Source: the human T2T-CHM13v2.0 reference genome, Homo sapiens. Taken from it: a stretch of DNA of 64,000 nt. The stretch is from assembly GCF_009914755.1 (NCBI RefSeq), contig NC_060937.1, one strand, 5' to 3'. The position numbers were made by a program, and so were the translations under genes. The notes under the pieces are model-generated. The model saw only the letters and a list, made by a program, of their open reading frames with translations. It had not been told where the DNA came from and searched no databases. Positions 58,160 through 64,000 of this stretch are shown here, in pieces (the first letter of the stretch is position 1; the number at the start of each line of letters is the position of its first letter).

Positions 58160-60569
58160 ATGCAGTTTCTTCATAGCATCAACGGTCTTTACAATTTGGT
58201 ATGTTTTTGCTGTGGCTGGTACCGGCTTTTTCTTTCCATATTCAGTGCTTCCTTCATGAGCTCTTTTAAGGCAGGTCTGGTGGTGACAAAAATCTCTCAG
58301 CATGTCTGTAAATGATTTTATTTCTCCTTCGCTTATGAAACTTAGTTTGGCTGGATATGAAATTCTGGGTTGAAAATTCTTTAAGAATGTTGAATATTGG
58401 CCCCCACTCTCTTCTGGCTTGCAGGGTTTCTGCAGCGAGATCCGCTGTTAGTCTGATGGGCTTACCTTTGTGAGTAACCCAACCTTTCTGTCTGGCTGCC
58501 CTTAACATTTTTTCCTTCATTTCAACCTTGGTGAATCTGATGATTATGTGTCTTGGAGTTGCTCTTCTCAAGGAGTATCTTTTTGGTGTTCTCTGTATTT
58601 CTTGAATTTGAATGTTGGCCTGTCTTGCTAGGTTGGGGAAGTTCTCCTGGATAATATCCTGAAGAGTGTTTTCCAACTTGGTTCCTTTCTCCCTGTGACT
58701 TTCAGGTACACCAGTCAAACGTGGGTTTGGTCTTTTCACATAGCCCCATATTTCCTGGAGGTTTTGCTTGTTCCTTTTATTTTTTTTTTCTCTAATCTTG
58801 TCTTCATGCTTTATTTCATTAAGTTGATCTTCAGTCTCTGATATCCTTTCTTCTGATTGATCAATTCAGCTATCGATACTTCTGTATGCCTCACAAAGTT
58901 CTCCTGCTGTGTTTTTCAACTCTATCAGGTCATTTAACTTCTTCTCTAAACTCTTATTTTAGTTAGCAATTCCGCTAACCTTTTTTCAAGATTCTTAGCT
59001 TCTTTTCAATGGTTTAGAACATGCTGCTTTAGCTCAGAGGAGTTTGCTATTACCCAGCTTCTGAAGCCTACTTCTGTCCATTTGTCAAACTCATTCTCCA
59101 TCCAGTTTTGTTCCCTTGCTGGCGAGGAGTTATGATCCTTTGGAGGAGAAGAAGTATTCTGGTTTTTGGAATTTTCAGGCTTTTTGCAATGGTTTTTCCT
59201 CATCTTCATGAATTTATCTACCTTTGGTCTTTGATGTTGGTGACTTTCAAATGGAGTTTCTGTCTGGATGTCCTTTTTGTTGATGTTGAAGCTATTCCTT
59301 TCTGTTTGTTAGTTTTCATTCTATCACTCAGGCCCCTCTTCTGCAGGTCTGCTGGAGTTTGCTGGAGGTCCACTCCAGACCCCCTTTGCCTGGGTTTCAC
59401 CAGCAAAGGCTGCAGAACAACAAGGATTGCTGCCTGTTCCTTCTTGTGGAAGCTTCGTCCCAGAGAGGCATCTGTCAGATGCCAGCAAGAGCTCTCCTGT
59501 ATGAGGTGTCTGTGGACCCCTGCTGGGAGGTGTCTGTCAAGCCCTGCTGGGAGGTGTCTCCCAGTCAGGAGGCACAGGGGTCAGGGACCCACTTGAGTAG
59601 GCAGTCTGTCCCTTAGCAGAGCTCGAGCAGTGTGCTGGGAGATCTGCTGCTCTCTTCAGAGCCAGCAGGCAGGAACGTTTAAGTCTGCTGAAGCTGTGCC
59701 CACAGCTGCCCCTTCCCCCAGGTGCTCTGTCCCAGGAAGATGGGAGTTTTATCTATAAGCCCCTGACTGGGGCTGCTGCCTTTCTTTCAGAGATGCCCTG
59801 CCCAGAGAGGAGGAATCTAGAGAGGCAGTCTGGCTACAGAGGCTTTGCAGAGCTCCAGTTTGCTCCACCCAGTTCAAACATCCTGGTGGCTTTGTTTATA
59901 CTGTGAGGGGAAAACTACCTACTGAAGCCTCAGTAATGGTGGACGCTCTTCCCCCAGCGAAGCTCGAGTGTCTCAGATCGACTTCAGACTGCTGTAATGG
60001 CAGTGAGAATTTCAAGCCAGTGGATCTTAGCTTGCTGGACTCCATAGGGGTGGGATCTGCTGAGTTAGACCACTTGACTTCCTGGCTTCAGCACCCTTTC
60101 CAGGGGAGTGAATGGTTTCATCTCACTGGTGTTCCAGGTGCCACTGGGGTATGAAAAAAACTCCTGCAGCTAGGTTATTGTCTGCCCAAATGGCTGCCCA
60201 CTTTTGTGCTTGAAACCCAGGGCCCTGGTGGCATAGGCACCCGAGGGAATCTCCTGGACTACAGGTTGCTAAGACTGTGAGAAAAGCATAGTATCTAGGC
60301 CACAGTGCATTGTTCCTCACGGCACAGTCCCTCACAGCTTCCCTTGGCTAGGGGAAGGAGTTCCCGACCCCTTGTGGTTCCAAGGTGAGGTGACTCCCCA
60401 CCCTGCTTTGGCTTGCCCTCCATGGGCTACACCCACTGTCTAACCAGTCCCAATGAGATGAGCTGGGTACCTCAGTTAGAAATGCAGAAATCACCTGCCT
60501 TCTGTGTTGATCTCTCCAGGAGCTGCAGACTGGAGCTGTTCCTATTCAGCCATCTTGCTAGCAACCTCT
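58160..60569 (-). mobile_element. LINE-1 (L1PA7/8-like) 5'UTR plus ORF1, lacking ORF2 and the 3' end
   Basis: Minus 5' end GCAAGATGGCTGAATAGGAACAGCTCCAGTCTGCAGCTCC; ORF1 fragments MRKNHCKKPENSK and KRPNPRL...IIQENFPNLARQ...PRHIIIRF. Confidence 0.95.
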
Positions 60570-60619
60570 TCTATAATATAGTTTTTAGAAATTCTTTCTA
60601 ACTTAAACTTGCATATATT

Positions 60620-61120
60620 CTAGACATTTCATTCCTAGATATTTATGTTCACATGAAGATTTATACACAAATTTTTATAGCTTTATTTGTAAAGCACCAA
60701 ACTGGAAACATTCTAAATATCCATCAACAGGTAAATGAATAAACAAATTGTATATCCATAAAGCAGAATACTATTCAGAAATTTTAAAGTGTTGATTAAC
60801 ACCAAAATGTGAATAAATCTGAAAACAAAAACAAGGTAGTAAAATAAACTCCACAAAGTGAGTACATAATGTGAGATTCCACTTATATAAAATGCTTAAA
60901 ATAAGAAAAACAAAATATAATGACAGAAAGGAAATTAATAGTTGTAGAAAGGAGAGGTTGTAGGACTCTATATGAATTACAAAAGAAGATACTCTTGGGG
61001 CTGGTGGGTATACTCATCAATTTAATTGCAGTGTTTATTTGAGTGGCTTATATGCATATCAATTCAACAAATTAAACACTTTATGCACTGATTATTGTAC
61101 ATCAATTAAACCTCAACAAA
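60620..61120 (+). mobile_element. Old L1M 3' fragment
   Basis: ATAGCTTTATTTGTAA..AAACTGGAAACA..AAATATCCATCAACAGGTAAATGAATAAACAAATTGT. Confidence 0.6.
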
Positions 61121-61465
61121 AATATTAAAATGCATTAATCGGCATGTTAAATATTACTAGAAGGAAGCACTTTTAAAAGGATTAATATGTCATTAAGATT
61201 TAAAAATTGCTATACCACAAATTAATATATAAATGATGACTATAGTAAATCCTAACATTAAATAACAGTTTTCATTATTATACTGTACATATTCATTTCA
61301 TATTATTTTGTTTTATTTTTGTTTATGTTTTGCCTTTTTGAAATCTGTTAGTAAACTAGATATGGGAAATTTGCTAACCATTTTTAAAGTAGCTTCATAA
61401 TTCTGGAGTCCGTAAATAAATGGGGTATAAATACAAACCACTTGGGATTTTAAAAATATACTGTC

Positions 61466-61569
61466 ATGCTCACTTTGGCACTTATACTAAAATTGAAACC
61501 ATAGAGAGAAAACTAGCATGGCCCCTATGCAAAGATGACACACGCATCTTTGAAGCATTCCATATTTTT
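61466..61569 (+). pseudogene. Diverged full-length U6 snRNA pseudogene, 5' part of a U6/L1 chimera
   Basis: ATGCTCACTTTGGCA..TATACTAAAATTG..ATAGAGAGAA..TAGCATGGCCCCTATGCAAAGATGACAC..TGAAGCATTCCATATTTTT aligns to U6 end to end. Confidence 0.92.
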
Positions 61570-64000
61570 ACCAGAATAGCCAGATTAGAGAGAAACATAA
61601 CTGACCTGATGGAGCTGAAGAACACAACATGGGAAATTCACAGTGCAATGACATGTATCAATAGCAGAATAGATTAAGTGGAGAAAAGAATCTCAGAGCT
61701 TGAAGACTATCTTTCTGAAATAAGACAGGCAGACAAGAATAGAGAAAAAAGAATGAAAAGGAATGAACAAAACCTCTGAGAAATGTGGGACTATGTAAAA
61801 AGACTGAACCTACAACCGATTGGGGTACTTGAAAGAGACAGGGAGGACAGACCCAAGTTGGAAAACATACTTCGGGAGGTCATCCAGGAGAACTTCCTCC
61901 AATCTAGAAAGACAGGCCAAGATTCAAATTCAAGAAATCTAGGGAGCCCCAGTAAGATACTTCACAAGAAGATCAACGCCAAGGCACATAATTGTCAGAT
62001 TCTCCAAGGTTGAAAGAAAAGAAAAAATGTTACGCGCAGCCAGAGAGAAAGGCTGGGTCACCTACACAGGGAAATCCGTCAGTATAACAACAGACCTCTC
62101 AGTGTAAACCTTACAAGACAGAAGCAATTTGGGGCCAATATTCAACACTCTTAAAGAAAACAATTTCCAACCCAGAATTTCATATCCAGCCCAACTAAGT
62201 TTCATAAGCGAGGGAGAAATAAGATTCTTTTCAGACAAGCAAAGGATGAGGGAATAAGTCACCTCCAGGCCTGCTTTGCAAGAGTTCCTGAAGGAAGCAC
62301 TAAATATGAAAAGGAAAAACTGTTACTAGCCACTACAAAAACATACTGAAGTATACAGACCAGTGACACTATGAAGTGACCACATAATAAGTCTGCAAAA
62401 TAACCAGCTTGAATTATGATGACAGGATCAAACTCACACATAGCAATATTAACATTAAATGTAAATGAGCTAAATGCCCCAATTAAAAGACATAGGATGG
62501 CAAGCTGGACGGGGTCAAAATCTGTTGGTATGCTGTCTTCAAGAGACCCATCTCACATGCAAAGACACACATAGGTTCACCATAAAGGGACTGAGGAAAA
62601 TTTACCAAGCAAATGGAAAACAGAAAAAAGTAGGGGTCACAAACCTAGTTTCTGACAAAACAAATTTTAAACCAACAAGGATCAGAAAAGACAAAGAAGG
62701 GCCCTATATAATGGTAAAGGAGTCAATTCAACAAGAAGAGCTAACTATTCCTAAATAGATATACACCCAATAAAGGAGCACCTGGATTTATAAAGCAAGT
62801 TCTTAGAGACGTACAAAGAGATGTAGACTCCCACATAATAATAGTGGGAGACTTTAACTCCACACTGACAATGTTAGATGGATCATCAAGACAGAAAATT
62901 AACAAAGATACTCAGGACCTGAACTCAGCTCTGGATCAAGCAGACCTGATCAATATATACAGAACTCCTCATCTTGCAAACAACAGGATATACATTCTTC
63001 TCATTGCCATATACACTTACTCTAAAATTGATCACATAATCTGAAATAAAACACTCTTCAGCAAATGCAGAAGAACTGAAATCATAACAGTATCTCAGAT
63101 CACAGTACAATCAAATTAGAATTCAAGACTGAAAAATTCACTTAGAACCACAAAACTACATGGAAATTGAACAAGCTGTTCCTGAGTCACTCGTGGGTAA
63201 ATAATGAAATTAAGGCAAAATCAAGAAGTTCTTTTAAACTAATGAGAACAAAGAGACAATGTATCAGAATCTCTGGGATGCTGATAGAGCAGTGTTATCA
63301 GGGAAATGTATAGCACTAAATGCTCACATCAAAAAGCTAGGAAGATGTCATAATAACCTAATATCACAACTAAAAGAACTAGAAAACCAAAAGCAAACAA
63401 ACCCAAAGATGGCAGAAGATAAGCAATAACCAAGATCAGAGGGCAACTGAAAGATAAAGACATGAAAATTCCTTCAACAAATCAATGAATCCAGGAGCTT
63501 TTTTTTTTTTCAAAAAAATAATAAAGTAGACCACTAGCTAGACTAATAAAGAAGAAAAGAGAGAAGAATCAAGTAGACACAATCAGAAATGATAAGGGGG
63601 ATATCACCAATGACCCCACAGTAAAGCAAACAACCATCAGAGAATACTATGAACACCTGTATGCACATAAACCACATAAACTAGAAAATCTGGAAGAAAT
63701 GGATAAATTCCTGAATACATACATCCTCCCAAGACTGAACCAGAAAGAAATTGAAACCCTGAGTAGACCAATAATGAGTTCTAAAATTGAGTCAATAATA
63801 AGTAGTCTACCAACCGAAAAAGCCCAGGACCAGATGGATTTACAGCTGCATTCTAACAGAGGTACAAAGAAAAGCTGGTACCATTTCTATTGAAGTTATT
63901 CCATAAAGTTGAAAAGGAGGGACTCCTCCATAACTAATTTTATGAGGCCAGCATCATCCTGATACCAAAAACCTGACCACAATACACCAAAAATAGAAAA
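61570..64000 (+). mobile_element. LINE-1 (older primate L1PA/L1P), degenerate ORF1 3' part plus ORF2 endonuclease region; continues past the right edge
   Basis: ORF fragments WDYVKRLNL (ORF1), CCLQETHLTCKD, GDFNSTL, YSKIDHI and MDKFLNTY (ORF2), with many stops and frameshifts. Confidence 0.95.

Noticed and set aside
61420-61677. 85-aa ORF crossing the U6/L1 junction
   Set aside because: A chance open frame across an snRNA pseudogene and decayed ORF1.

Overview
This is human/primate genomic DNA, not prokaryotic. The left ~38.5 kb holds the 5' part of RUBCNL (KIAA0226L/C13orf18, Pacer, a Rubicon-like autophagy regulator, recognised from memory as chr13q14) on the minus strand. I traced a CpG-island first exon, a 116-nt non-coding exon 2 and ten coding exons by hand. 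They splice in frame for 1631 nt (about 543 codons), and the gene runs off the left edge. The right ~25 kb is repeat-rich upstream DNA: about 40 Alus across the window, L1 pieces, ERV1/MaLR/ERVL LTRs and DNA-transposon fossils. I found no evidence of a wholly new biological system. The notable structures are: (1) a TSD-bounded, tail-less U2 snRNA+spacer+Alu chimeric retrocopy; (2) an L1 with both a twin-priming inversion and a 3' transduction; (3) a U6/L1 chimera with a very long L1 moiety; (4) a GGAA minisatellite upstream of the promoter apparently built by amplifying an Alu TSD; (5) a strong-Kozak uORF whose stop codon is formed by an exon junction; (6) a GC-AG intron; (7) a cluster of cryptic splice signals in intron 1; and (8) an old local duplication. 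Repeat subfamily names come from memory of consensus sequences, and repeat boundaries are approximate.
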